A stretch of 37,712 bases of DNA from Candidatus Lightella neohaematopini (GCA_025728375.1 JAOBJS010000001.1:1-37712); one strand, 5' to 3'; shown: positions 8,429 through 18,433, numbered from the stretch's first letter. The notes: generated by a model from the letters alone, not told the origin. Numbers and translations: made by a program.

Positions 8429-10801
8429 TTACCTTAGATATGCACCAAATCTCTGCTTTAATTTTAAAAAACACTTATTAACAATACCAGATATTTCATT
8501 TTCTTCTAAATTACGAGAATAATTTTGTATTTTTATACTAATAGTAACACTTTTATAACCTTTAGAAATATTACTACCTTTATACACATCAAATATTTTA
8601 ACATTAATTAAACTGGTATCAATACATTTTTTGCATTCTTTGATAATATCAATAGATAATATATCATCTGAAACTATAATAGATAATTCTCTATAACTAA
8701 CTGGATACTTAGATAATAAATTAATTTTTCTATTTTTTTTAAATTTATTAATATAATTCCATAATAACTCAAAAACTAATATTTTATTTGATGAAGATAA
8801 TTTTTTTTGTATTAGTGGATGAATAGTGCCAATTAAGCCTATATAAGTATTTTTAAAAAAAATATACGAACTTTGTCCTGGATGCAATAATGGATCATTA
8901 CAAACCCTAAATTCTATATTATCTATTATATCAGTTAAAGTAAATATTGATTCTAAATCACCTTTAATATCGTAAAAATCTAATAATCTATTAGATAGAT
9001 TCCAATGTTTATATGAATAATTACCATAAACTAATCCTGATAACATAAAGTTCTGTATAATACGATTACTATTATTATAGTTTTTATTATAAGAAAAACA
9101 AAATCCTGATTCAAATAAACGAATACATTGTAATTGTCTATTTTTATTATAGATTAATGCTTGAATTAATCCAGGTAATAAAGATAACCTCATAGATGAC
9201 ATATTCATATTTATTGGATTAATTAGTTTAACTAATTTTTTGTTTGGATATAACAAAGTTTGTAATTGTTTATCAGTAAAACTATAACTAATAATTTCCT
9301 GATATCCTTTATCTACTAATAACATTTTGGTACGATCTAATAATGTTGATAACTTGAATTTAGATAACGTTATATATTTATTATTATTTAATTTATTATT
9401 ATAAATATTATCAAAACCACGTATACGTATTAATTCTTCAATTAAATCTTCTTCTTGTAATAAATCATGACGCCAACTAGGAGAACAAACATACCAAGAA
9501 TATTTTTTTTTATCAACTAAACAACCAATGTTATATAACATATTATTTATATCATTATTTGGTATTTTAACTCCAGTTATTTTATAAAATTTACTTTCTT
9601 TTAGTATTATTTGGTTATTTTTTGGTAATAATTTATTATAGGTTACACTTGTAATTGGTCCTGGAATACCACCATATATTTTTATTAATAATTCAGTAGT
9701 TTTTTCTATAACAACTGCTACTAAATGGTAGTCCAATTTATTCATAATAATGTTAAAATTATTATTTGTAGTGAATTTATTAATATAATTAATACTATCT
9801 AAAGTATTAAAAAAAGCACAATTAATAACTATATCTATATTATCATTAACATTATTAGATAACTCTAAATAAGATAATGTTTTTTTATGGTTAGAAATTA
9901 CTATATTCTTAGGTAAAAAATTTAATTTATTTTGCTCTATGTTATCAGTTGATTTTAACTTACGAACTATAATTCCATTATTAACAATATTTTTATTAAA
10001 AATCATTACTACATAACCTAATTCTAGAAAAATATAATTGATAATATCTAAAATAGAAAATGTTAACTTTATACCTACTCTACGTAATTTCTCTAATAAC
10101 CATATAGGTAATGGATTGTTAAGACTAATATTTTTAATTATTCTTGATAAATAAATTGGACATATACAAGGAACTTTTACATTAACTTTAACAACATCTT
10201 TTATTTTTGGTGGTATTATATTATAATAACTAAGTAAGTTAAATTTAATATTATTAAGTGTTAATATTTCCCTAGCTAATCCTAAAACATTATAACAATC
10301 AATTCTATTAAATGGAATATTAATATTAATAATGTTATCATTTAAATTTAAGTATTTTTTTACATTATAACCAATTGGAGCATCATGTGGTAATGTTATA
10401 ATATTATTACCATATTCATTAATACCTAAATCTAAGAATGAACACAAAATACCTTCTGATAATATTCCGTTTATTTTAACATATCTAATATATTTATGTA
10501 CCACAGTAGTTGCTCCTACTGGAGCAACTACTACTTTAGTATTAACATTAACTATTATATTGTCTAAAATAATATTAATAGTTTTACAACCAATATTAAT
10601 TTTTAATAAAAATAAATTATTTAATTTTGATAAATATTTAATTTCTGTAATAGTACCAATTACTAACCCTGAAATATTACTATTAACTAATAAATTAACA
10701 TTATCTACTTCAAATCCTGATATAGTTAATTTATTAATTAAAGAATTTATATTAATATTTAAATTTGAAATCTCACGTAACCAAAGTTCACTAAATATCA
10801 T
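8429..10801 (-). CDS. pheT: Phenylalanine--tRNA ligase beta subunit
   Basis: 790 aa (about 795 in E. coli). MIFSELWLRE N-terminus, and it lies directly downstream of pheS. Confidence 0.93.
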   Translation of the reverse strand: MIFSELWLREISNLNININSLINKLTISGFEVDNVNLLVNSNISGLVIGTITEIKYLSKLNNLFLLKINIGCKTINIILDNIIVNVNTKVVVAPVGATTVVHKYIRYVKINGILSEGILCSFLDLGINEYGNNIITLPHDAPIGYNVKKYLNLNDNIININIPFNRIDCYNVLGLAREILTLNNIKFNLLSYYNIIPPKIKDVVKVNVKVPCICPIYLSRIIKNISLNNPLPIWLLEKLRRVGIKLTFSILDIINYIFLELGYVVMIFNKNIVNNGIIVRKLKSTDNIEQNKLNFLPKNIVISNHKKTLSYLELSNNVNDNIDIVINCAFFNTLDSINYINKFTTNNNFNIIMNKLDYHLVAVVIEKTTELLIKIYGGIPGPITSVTYNKLLPKNNQIILKESKFYKITGVKIPNNDINNMLYNIGCLVDKKKYSWYVCSPSWRHDLLQEEDLIEELIRIRGFDNIYNNKLNNNKYITLSKFKLSTLLDRTKMLLVDKGYQEIISYSFTDKQLQTLLYPNKKLVKLINPINMNMSSMRLSLLPGLIQALIYNKNRQLQCIRLFESGFCFSYNKNYNNSNRIIQNFMLSGLVYGNYSYKHWNLSNRLLDFYDIKGDLESIFTLTDIIDNIEFRVCNDPLLHPGQSSYIFFKNTYIGLIGTIHPLIQKKLSSSNKILVFELLWNYINKFKKNRKINLLSKYPVSYRELSIIVSDDILSIDIIKECKKCIDTSLINVKIFDVYKGSNISKGYKSVTISIKIQNYSRNLEENEISGIVNKCFLKLKQRFGAYLR

Positions 10802-10810
10802 TTTATCTTA

Positions 10811-11791
10811 TTATTTAAATTGTTTAAGAAAACGTAAATCACTTTTAAAAAAATATCTTATATCATTAATATTATAACGTATCATTACTAAACGTTCTAT
10901 TCCTAAACCAAAAGCAAAACCAGAAAAAATTTTTGTATTTATATTTAAATTTTTTAGTACTTTAGGATGAACCATACCACAACCAATAACTTCTAACCAA
11001 TTATCATTGTTCATGATATCAATCTCCATTGATGGTTCAGTAAATGGAAAATAAGACATACGAAAACGGATAACTTTTTTTTTATTAAAGAAAAAATTTA
11101 AAAATTCACATATTATATTTTTTAAATGTAGCAAATTTATGTTACGATCAACTACTAATCCTTCCATTTGATGAAACATTGGTGTGTGAGTAACATTATA
11201 GTCTTTTCTATAAACTTTTCCAAAGGAAATAATACGTATTGGTGGTTTATTATTCTTCATGTATCTAATTTGTATACTAGATGTTTGTGTGCGTAATAAT
11301 ATTTCTTTATTTAACCAAAAAGTATCTTGAGGCTTTCTTGATGGATGATTAATTGGTATATTTAACGCATCAAAATTATGATAACTATCTTCTATTTCTA
11401 GTCCAGGAACATTAATAAAATTTAATCTGTAAAAAAAGTGGCTGATATCTATTATTGTAGATGTAATTGGATGTAATCCACCTATTCTATTAGTTCTTCC
11501 AGGCAATGTAATATCTATTTTTTCGTTAGCAATAGATTTTTCTAATATTTCTTTTTCTAAATGTGTTCTATGTTCTAATATTATATTTGTAATGTCACAT
11601 TTTATTTTATTAATTAGTTTGCCAACATAAGATCTATCTTTTAGACTTATTAAGTGTATTTTTTTTGTTAATTTACTAAGATAACTATTTTTACCTAAAA
11701 ATTTACTATAAATTAAATCTAACTCATAAGTATTTTTTGATGATAGTACCCTTTCTTTTACTTTATTAAATAAATTTTTGATATTAGACAT
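10811..11791 (-). CDS. pheS: Phenylalanine--tRNA ligase alpha subunit
   Basis: 326 aa. Class II core motifs (HPSRKPQDTFW, FRMSYFPFTEPS, GFAFGLGIERL). Confidence 0.95.
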   Translation of the reverse strand: MSNIKNLFNKVKERVLSSKNTYELDLIYSKFLGKNSYLSKLTKKIHLISLKDRSYVGKLINKIKCDITNIILEHRTHLEKEILEKSIANEKIDITLPGRTNRIGGLHPITSTIIDISHFFYRLNFINVPGLEIEDSYHNFDALNIPINHPSRKPQDTFWLNKEILLRTQTSSIQIRYMKNNKPPIRIISFGKVYRKDYNVTHTPMFHQMEGLVVDRNINLLHLKNIICEFLNFFFNKKKVIRFRMSYFPFTEPSMEIDIMNNDNWLEVIGCGMVHPKVLKNLNINTKIFSGFAFGLGIERLVMIRYNINDIRYFFKSDLRFLKQFK

Positions 11792-11820
11792 AATAATTAA
11801 AATTACATAATAAATAAAAA

Positions 11821-12168
11821 TTATTGTTTTATTTGTTTAATTAAATTTCTAAATATTTCTGGATGATTTATAATTAAGTTAGTAATTACTTTTCTATTTA
11901 TTAGAATAGATAATTTTTTTAATTTATATATTAACTGACTATAAGTTAATCCATATAATCTAGAAGCTGCATTTATTTTAATAATCCATAACTTACGAAA
12001 TTGTCTCTTTTTATTTCGACGATCTCTATAACTATATTGATTAGCTTTTATAACTGCTTGAAAAGCTGAACGATACGTTCTCGATCTAGCTCCATAGTAA
12101 CCACTTGTCTGTTTTAATATTTTTTTATGTCGTTGATGAGCAGTTACTCCTCTTTTAACACGAGTCAT
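11821..12168 (-). CDS. rplT: 50S ribosomal protein L20
   Basis: The track start (12180) is a TTG lying inside the Shine-Dalgarno. The sequence TTGGAGGATAATATG places GGAGG 6 nt upstream of the ATG at 12168. The product [19 protein letters not shown].. matches the L20 N-terminus. Confidence 0.95.
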   Translation of the reverse strand: MTRVKRGVTAHQRHKKILKQTSGYYGARSRTYRSAFQAVIKANQYSYRDRRNKKRQFRKLWIIKINAASRLYGLTYSQLIYKLKKLSILINRKVITNLIINHPEIFRNLIKQIKQ

Positions 12169-12189
12169 ATTATCCTCCAAAATTTATTA

Positions 12190-12387
12190 CTATGAATAAG
12201 GTAAGCACTTATTAATCACTTTTGAGTTACTTCTTGTCATTATTGCTTTAGATCTTAATTGTCGTTTATATTTTGATGTTTTTTTTGTTAAAATATGACG
12301 CATGTTAGACTTTTTATATTTAAATTTACCAGACGATAATTTTCTAAATCTTTTTGTAAAACTACGTATTGTTTTTATTTTTAACAT
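12190..12387 (-). CDS. rpmI: 50S ribosomal protein L35
   Basis: 65 aa and very basic (MLKIKTIRSFTKRFRKLSSGKFKYKKS..). It sits in the infC-rpmI-rplT operon position. Confidence 0.93.
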   Translation of the reverse strand: MLKIKTIRSFTKRFRKLSSGKFKYKKSNMRHILTKKTSKYKRQLRSKAIMTRSNSKVINKCLPYS

Positions 12388-12421
12388 ATTAATTTACTCT
12401 TTTTAATTTTATATCTTATTT

Positions 12422-12964
12422 TTATTTTTTTTGCGGGGTTAACATAATACTAATTTGTTTTCCTTCAATCCTTAATAAAGAATTATCCATAATGATTAAT
12501 TTATGTAAATCATTTTTCATACGTTTTAACATATCAATACCAATTTGTTGATGTATAATTTCCCTACCCCTAAATTTTAGAGTTACTTTTACTTTATTAC
12601 CCCGATTTAAAAGTCTAATAATATTACGTAACTTAATATTATAATCATTTTCTTGTGTGTTAGGTCTAAATTTAATTTCTTTAATATTTAAAGATTTTTG
12701 TTTCTTTTTTTGTTCTTTAATTAATTTACTTTTTTCATATATAAATTTACCATAGTTTATTATTCTACAAACAGGTGGAACAATATTAGGATTTATTTCT
12801 ATTAAATCAGAATTCAATTTACTTGCTCTAAGTAAAGCATCTTGTAAACTAACAATACCAATTTGTTTTAAATCTATATTAATCAAACGAACCTTATCTG
12901 CTTTTATTTCTTCGTTAATTCTATTTTTGCACTTAATTAATTTTGACTTAATGTTAATTTTAAT
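12422..12964 (-). CDS. infC: Translation initiation factor IF-3, with an AUU start codon
   Basis: The track ORF starts at an internal TTG (12886). The frame is open upstream to a stop at 12967-12965. Extending to ATT (12964-12962) gives IKINIKSKLIKCKNRINEEIKADKVRLINIDLKQIGIV.. and a 180-aa product, the same length as E. coli IF3 and aligning to ..RPNRINGEIRAQEVRL... GGGAG (12973-12969) lies just upstream. ATT at 12958-12956 is an alternative start. Confidence 0.88.
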   Translation of the reverse strand: MKINIKSKLIKCKNRINEEIKADKVRLINIDLKQIGIVSLQDALLRASKLNSDLIEINPNIVPPVCRIINYGKFIYEKSKLIKEQKKKQKSLNIKEIKFRPNTQENDYNIKLRNIIRLLNRGNKVKVTLKFRGREIIHQQIGIDMLKRMKNDLHKLIIMDNSLLRIEGKQISIMLTPQKK

Positions 12965-12973
12965 TTAACTCCC
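12962..12973 (-). promoter_or_regulatory. infC translation-initiation region: GGGAG Shine-Dalgarno plus non-canonical AUU start
   Basis: The minus strand reads TAA (thrS stop) TAT GGGAG TTAA ATT AAA ATT AAC. There is no in-frame ATG, GTG or TTG between the upstream stop and the conserved NRIN motif. Confidence 0.7.
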
Positions 12974-12976
12974 ATA

Positions 12977-14212
12977 TTAACTTTGAATTAAATAATTACT
13001 TATCTCATATTTAACTTTTTCTATAAAATTATTAATACTTATAATATAAAAATTTTTATTTTTACTAGTTCTAACTGATAATTTTTTTGATGATATTTCT
13101 TCATTACCACAAACAATTATATACGGTATTTTACAAATTATATATTCTCTGATTTTAAAACCTAATTTTTTGTTTCTAGTATCTATTTTAGTCCTTATAT
13201 TTAAGGATATTAAAATTTTTCCAATTTCATTTACATAACTATATTGATTAATACCTATATTTGTAATAACTACTTGTATTGGTGCTAACCATATTGGATA
13301 AAATCCAGCATACTCTTCCGTAATTATCCCTATAAAACGTTCTATTGAGCCTAAAATAGAACGATGTATCATAATTGGAGTACTACGAGAATTATTTTTA
13401 TTAATATAATAGGCATCTAAACGATTTGGAAGAAAAAAATCTAACTGTATAGTACCACATTGCCAAAATCTTCCTAGTGAATCTAATAATATAAACTCTA
13501 TTTTTGGTCCATAAAAGGCACCATCCCCTAATTGATAATCAAAAATTATATTATTTCCTTTTAAAGAATCAACTAATTTTTTTTCAGCCCAATTCCATGT
13601 ATTATCATCACCAATTCTATACTTTGGTCTAGTTGATAATTTAACTTTAATATTTTTAAAACCAAATATATTGTAGACATAATATATCATTCTGATGCAA
13701 TTACTAATTTCATCATATATTTGTTCTTCCGTACAAAATATATGCGCATCATCTTGAGTAAAATTTCTAATGCGCATTAATCCATATAAAGATCCAGATG
13801 GTTCATTTCTATGACAACTACCAAATTCTGCTATTCTTAAAGGTAGATTACGATAAGATTGTATTGTTTGATTAAATATCTGTATATGTCCTGGACAATT
13901 CATAGGTTTAATACAATATTCTCTATTTTCTGAACTAGTAGTAAATATATTATTTGAATAATTATCCCAATGACCTGTAATTTTCCATATATTTTTATCC
14001 ATCATAGATGGACACTTAACTTCTTGATAAGAGAAATTTTTTAATTGTAGTCTGATAAACTTTTCTAATTCTTTAAATATAATTAATCCATTATTATGCC
14101 AAAATATCATCCCAGGTGCTTCTTCTTGAATATGATATAAATCCATTTGTTTAGCAATTTTTCGATGATCACAAAATGAAATGTTATTTTTATTATAAAT
14201 AGTCTGGCACAT
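12977..14212 (-). CDS. thrS: Threonine--tRNA ligase, N-terminally truncated: catalytic core and anticodon-binding domain only, with no TGS/N1 or N2 editing domain
   Basis: 411 aa versus about 642 in E. coli. It starts [42 protein letters not shown], which equals the E. coli region near residue 240. Class II and zinc-site motifs are retained ([32 protein letters not shown]), as is the C-terminal anticodon-binding domain. An in-frame stop lies 6 codons upstream of the ATG. Confidence 0.92.
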   Translation of the reverse strand: MCQTIYNKNNISFCDHRKIAKQMDLYHIQEEAPGMIFWHNNGLIIFKELEKFIRLQLKNFSYQEVKCPSMMDKNIWKITGHWDNYSNNIFTTSSENREYCIKPMNCPGHIQIFNQTIQSYRNLPLRIAEFGSCHRNEPSGSLYGLMRIRNFTQDDAHIFCTEEQIYDEISNCIRMIYYVYNIFGFKNIKVKLSTRPKYRIGDDNTWNWAEKKLVDSLKGNNIIFDYQLGDGAFYGPKIEFILLDSLGRFWQCGTIQLDFFLPNRLDAYYINKNNSRSTPIMIHRSILGSIERFIGIITEEYAGFYPIWLAPIQVVITNIGINQYSYVNEIGKILISLNIRTKIDTRNKKLGFKIREYIICKIPYIIVCGNEEISSKKLSVRTSKNKNFYIISINNFIEKVKYEISNYLIQS

Positions 14213-14410
14213 TAAATTTCTAAAAATTAATTAATTGAATTGTTAAAATTATATTTATCTAGTAAAATATCATCCTTATAAAGAAACTTCAATATATCTA
14301 TGTTTAATTTTGTTAACCTAAATGTATGAATTATAATTTGTTATAAATCATTAACAAAATAATTATTTTATAAATGTAATTTTAATAAATTATAGTAATT
14401 ATTTATAATT

Positions 14411-14887
14411 ATGACAACCGAAGGACATATTTGTTTTGCTATATCTAGTATAATTTTAATAAAAAAAATTAAATTAATAAATTTTATAACTAGTGGTGAT
14501 TGGTGGCACGTTATTTTAGGTAGCTTAATAACATGTTTATTACCGGATATAGATCATCCAAAATCATTTATAGGAAAAAGATTTAAGTGGTTATCTATAC
14601 CGATTTATAAACTTTTTGGACATAGAAGTTTCACTCATAGTTTATTACTAATAATTATAATAATAATTTACGTAAATATTAGAAAAATTAATATTTCTGT
14701 AGATGTGATTTACGCAATGATTATAGGATATATTAGTCATATCATTGCTGATATATTAACTCCTGCAGGAATTCCATTATTTTGGCCATATAGTAAAAAA
14801 TTTAGTATACCAATAATAAAAAAATCTAATGTTAGATTGGAAAGATTAATATCTATAATTATTATTATATACGCAATACAATATTAA
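14411..14887 (+). CDS. ydjM: YdjM-family inner-membrane metal-dependent hydrolase (function unknown)
   Basis: 158 aa. MTTEGHICFAIS..GDWWHV..LLPDIDHPKSFIGKRFKW..FGHRSFTHS..GYISHIIADILTPAGIPLFWPY closely parallels E. coli YdjM. Confidence 0.85.
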   Translation: MTTEGHICFAISSIILIKKIKLINFITSGDWWHVILGSLITCLLPDIDHPKSFIGKRFKWLSIPIYKLFGHRSFTHSLLLIIIIIIYVNIRKINISVDVIYAMIIGYISHIIADILTPAGIPLFWPYSKKFSIPIIKKSNVRLERLISIIIIIYAIQY

Positions 14888-14906
14888 ATAATAAACTATT
14901 AATATA

Positions 14907-16016
14907 TTAACTATACTTATTAGAAAAATTATACATGAATTTAGCAAGTTTTTTTACTCCTAACAAAGACATACTATTATATAAAGATATTCTAATACCA
15001 CCAATTGATCTATGACCAGCTAAATTTAAAAATCCTGCTTTATTAGATTCCTTTAAAAATAACTTATGTAAATTAGCATTAGGTAATTTGAATACTATAT
15101 TAGTATATGATCGATATAGAGATGAAATATTATTATCGTATATGTTACTACTATCTATTACTTTATACAAAATATCAGATTTAATTTTATTTATTTTTTC
15201 AATTTCAGATAATCCTCCTTTTTTCTTTAACCACTTAAGGATTAAATTAGCAACATACCAAACAAAAGTTGGTGGAGTACTAAACATAGAATTATATTTT
15301 GTTAAATATTGATAATTAAAAGTTGATGGAACTATATTATTTTCATTTATGTTAATTAAATCATCACGTATTATTAGTAAAGTTAATCCAGATAAACCAA
15401 TATTTTTTTGGGTACTTGCGTATACTAAACTAAATTTACTTATATCCAACACACGAGATAATATTATTGATGAGCAATCAGCAATAATATTTTGGTTATA
15501 AAAATTAGGTAATTCGTCAATATATATACCATTTACTGTTTCATTAGGACAATAATGTAAGTACGAACTATTATTAGAGATTAACCAATTATTCATAGGA
15601 TAAACTTTTATTAATCCATCTTCTTTATATAAAACATCTAGTTGATTAACAATACAATATTTTTTAGCTTCGTTTATAGCACTATTAGACCAATATCCAC
15701 TATTCACGTAATCAGCAGAACTAAATTTATTTTTTATTAGATTAATTGGAATAATAGAAAATTGTACTCTTGCTCCTCCAAAACAAAATATTATTTTATA
15801 ATTTAAAGGTATATTTAATAATTCCCGTAAATATTTCTTAGTACTTTCTACTATAGAAATAAAATAATCACTACGATGATTAATTTCCATTATAGATATA
15901 TTTTTATTATTCCAGTTGAATAAATCTTTTTTTATTTGTTTTAATACAGAACACGGAATCATTGCTTGACTAGCACTAAAATTAAATATTTTATTATATA
16001 ACATAGTACAACACAT
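14907..16016 (-). CDS. serC: Phosphoserine aminotransferase
   Basis: 369-aa ORF. IFNFSASQAMIP, HRSDYF, the PLP-Lys motif STQKNIGLSGL, and GHRSIGGIRISLYNSM match SerC. Alignment to E. coli (MAQIFNFS) favours the second ATG at 16004 (MLYNKIFNFS) as an alternative start. Confidence 0.92.
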   Translation of the reverse strand: MCCTMLYNKIFNFSASQAMIPCSVLKQIKKDLFNWNNKNISIMEINHRSDYFISIVESTKKYLRELLNIPLNYKIIFCFGGARVQFSIIPINLIKNKFSSADYVNSGYWSNSAINEAKKYCIVNQLDVLYKEDGLIKVYPMNNWLISNNSSYLHYCPNETVNGIYIDELPNFYNQNIIADCSSIILSRVLDISKFSLVYASTQKNIGLSGLTLLIIRDDLININENNIVPSTFNYQYLTKYNSMFSTPPTFVWYVANLILKWLKKKGGLSEIEKINKIKSDILYKVIDSSNIYDNNISSLYRSYTNIVFKLPNANLHKLFLKESNKAGFLNLAGHRSIGGIRISLYNSMSLLGVKKLAKFMYNFSNKYS

Positions 16017-16021
16017 ATTAT

Positions 16022-16411
16022 TTATCTTTTAGAAAATTGAGGACGACAGCGAGATTTTCTTAATCCAACTTTTTTTCTTTCTACAATACGAGAATCTCTA
16101 GTAATAAATCCTAGTTCACGCAATTTACAATATAAACTATTATTATAAGTTACTAATGCACGAGAAATTCCGTGTTTAATTGCATTTGCTTGTCCTAAAA
16201 TACCCCCACCTTTAACCGTTATGTATATATCAAATTTATCTAGTAAATTAACTATACTTAGTACCTGTTTAATCGTAAAAATAACTATTTTTTTATTATA
16301 GTATTGATTAACATCAATACTATTAATTACTATTTTACTGCTTCCTTCTCTCAAAAAAACTCTAGCAACAGCACTTTTTCTACGTCCAGTACCATAATAA
16401 TGTATAGACAT
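16022..16411 (-). CDS. rpsI: 30S ribosomal protein S9
   Basis: 129 aa. [16 protein letters not shown].. and the C-terminal [14 protein letters not shown]. Confidence 0.96.
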   Translation of the reverse strand: MSIHYYGTGRRKSAVARVFLREGSSKIVINSIDVNQYYNKKIVIFTIKQVLSIVNLLDKFDIYITVKGGGILGQANAIKHGISRALVTYNNSLYCKLRELGFITRDSRIVERKKVGLRKSRCRPQFSKR

Positions 16412-16425
16412 AATAATATTCCAAT

Positions 16426-16833
16426 TTATAAATTAAATACTTTTGGTTTTTGTGATATATGTTTATGATTTTTATCTAAATAAATTTTTAGTTTTTTAAT
16501 TATATTCTTTTTTAAAGAATTACGGGGTAACATACCACTAACAGCATGTGATATAACGTATTTTGGGTTTCTTATAAAAATATCTTTAAATAATTTTTTT
16601 TTCAAACTACCAATATAACCAGTATGTTTGTAATATATTTTATCCTTATATTTATTACCAGTAACAATTATTTTACTAGCATTAATTACTATAACATAAT
16701 CACCAGTAATTAAATTAGGTAAATAATTAATCTTATGTTTACCAATTAATAAGTTAGCAATCTTACTAGCAAGACGTCCTAATATTTGATTTTCTGCGTT
16801 AACTAAATACCAACAATAATCATTACTTTCCAT
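16426..16833 (-). CDS. rplM: 50S ribosomal protein L13
   Basis: [47 protein letters not shown] matches L13. The track start at 16854 is a TTG. I call the first ATG (16833, MESNDYCWY), but the TTG start would give the E. coli length of 142 aa, so the start is uncertain. Confidence 0.9.
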   Translation of the reverse strand: MESNDYCWYLVNAENQILGRLASKIANLLIGKHKINYLPNLITGDYVIVINASKIIVTGNKYKDKIYYKHTGYIGSLKKKLFKDIFIRNPKYVISHAVSGMLPRNSLKKNIIKKLKIYLDKNHKHISQKPKVFNL

Positions 16834-17047
16834 ATTAAATAAATGTAATAACAAAATAAAATGTTAAATTAATTAGAGTTAGTAATCTAACATTATTTTT
16901 ATATATTATCAACAAATTAAATTATTGTTTTTGGTTTTATTAATTTTTAATTTATGTTTATATAATGTATATTAGATTATTACGAAATAGTAATTTAGTT
17001 TAGATAAAATTTAACATAAATATTGATTAACAAAAGGACAATTATAT

Positions 17048-18424
17048 ATGAATACATTATTCTCATTAATTAAAGTATTTGTAATTACTATTGTTACTTT
17101 ACTTAGTAATATTAATATTTATGCATCTTTTCCTTTAACTAATATGAACAGCTCTAATAATGTTCCTAGCTTGTCTTCTATGATAAATAAAGTACTACCA
17201 GCAGTGGTTAATATGCATATAGAGGGCACACAAATTATTAGACAATCAATCTTACCTAAAGAATTTAGATATTTTTTTGGACCTAATATACCTAATAATA
17301 ATAGCGTACGTCAATTTGAAGGATTAGGATCTGGTGTAATTATAGATGCTAACAATGGCTATATTATTACTAATAATCATGTAATACATAATGCTGATAA
17401 AATTAAAATTCAGTTACATGATGGAAGAGAATTTTATGCTAAATTAGTTGGATGTGATGATAAAACTGATTTAGCTTTGTTAAAAATATCTAATCCAAAT
17501 AATTTAACAGAAATTAAAATAGCTGATTCTGATAACTTAAAAGTTGGTGATTTTGTTATTGCAATTGGTAATCCTTTTGGCTTAGGTCAGACTGTAACAT
17601 CAGGTATTGTATCTGCTCTTAGTCGTAGTGGGTTAAATTTAGAAGGATTAGAAAATTTTATACAAACTGATGCTTCAATAAATAGGGGTAATTCTGGTGG
17701 TGCTTTAATTAATTTGAATGGTGAATTAGTTGGTATTAATACAGCTATTTTAGCTCCTAATGGAGGTAATATTGGTATTGGATTTGCTATTCCTAGTAAT
17801 ATAGTAAAAAGTTTAAGTGAACAGTTAATTAAATATGGAGAAATTAGACGTGGTCAGTTAGGTATAAAGGGGACAGAATTAACAGCTGATATAGCAAATG
17901 CTTTGCAAATTAGTACTCAACATGGTGCTTTTGTTAGTGAAGTAATAGTAAACTCAGCAGCTTATAAAGCTGGTATTAAAGCAGGAGATATAATTATTTC
18001 AATTAATGGTAGAAAAATTAAAAATTTTGCAGAATTAAGAGTAAAAATTAGTATTACTAATCCTGGAGATACTATTGTAATTGGTGTATTAAGAGATAAT
18101 AAAATTAATAATATTTCTGTTACATTAGAAGATGGCAATAGTCAATATAATAATAGTATAGAAGAAATTAGCAATATACCTATTTTACAAGGAGCTTTGC
18201 TAAGTAATAACTACAGTAAAATAAAAGGAGTATTAGTTAATAATATAATAAAAAACTCTTCAGCATTTAATATTGGTTTACAAAAAAATGATATAATAGT
18301 TGGTATTAATAAGGATAGCATTGATAATATTCAACAATTAAAAAAAATTCTAAGTAAAAAATTACCTGTTATAGTATTTCATATTATTAGAGGAAAAACT
18401 AATATGTTTTTATTAGCCAATTAA
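17048..18424 (+). CDS. degQ: Periplasmic serine endoprotease of the HtrA family (DegQ/DegP), protease domain plus two PDZ domains
   Basis: 458 aa with a signal-like N-terminus and the catalytic triad contexts NNHV (His), DLALLK (Asp) and GNSGGALIN (Ser). Called degQ rather than degP from its size and its position between rplM-rpsI and murA, as in E. coli. Confidence 0.85.
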   Translation: MNTLFSLIKVFVITIVTLLSNINIYASFPLTNMNSSNNVPSLSSMINKVLPAVVNMHIEGTQIIRQSILPKEFRYFFGPNIPNNNSVRQFEGLGSGVIIDANNGYIITNNHVIHNADKIKIQLHDGREFYAKLVGCDDKTDLALLKISNPNNLTEIKIADSDNLKVGDFVIAIGNPFGLGQTVTSGIVSALSRSGLNLEGLENFIQTDASINRGNSGGALINLNGELVGINTAILAPNGGNIGIGFAIPSNIVKSLSEQLIKYGEIRRGQLGIKGTELTADIANALQISTQHGAFVSEVIVNSAAYKAGIKAGDIIISINGRKIKNFAELRVKISITNPGDTIVIGVLRDNKINNISVTLEDGNSQYNNSIEEISNIPILQGALLSNNYSKIKGVLVNNIIKNSSAFNIGLQKNDIIVGINKDSIDNIQQLKKILSKKLPVIVFHIIRGKTNMFLLAN

Positions 18425-18433
18425 TCAAGTACT

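Noticed and set aside
10560-10877. 105-aa plus-strand ORF
   Set aside because: It is antisense to the pheT 5' end and the pheS 3' end, and looks like a shadow ORF.
15088-15312. 74-aa plus-strand ORF
   Set aside because: It is antisense to serC, and looks like a shadow ORF.
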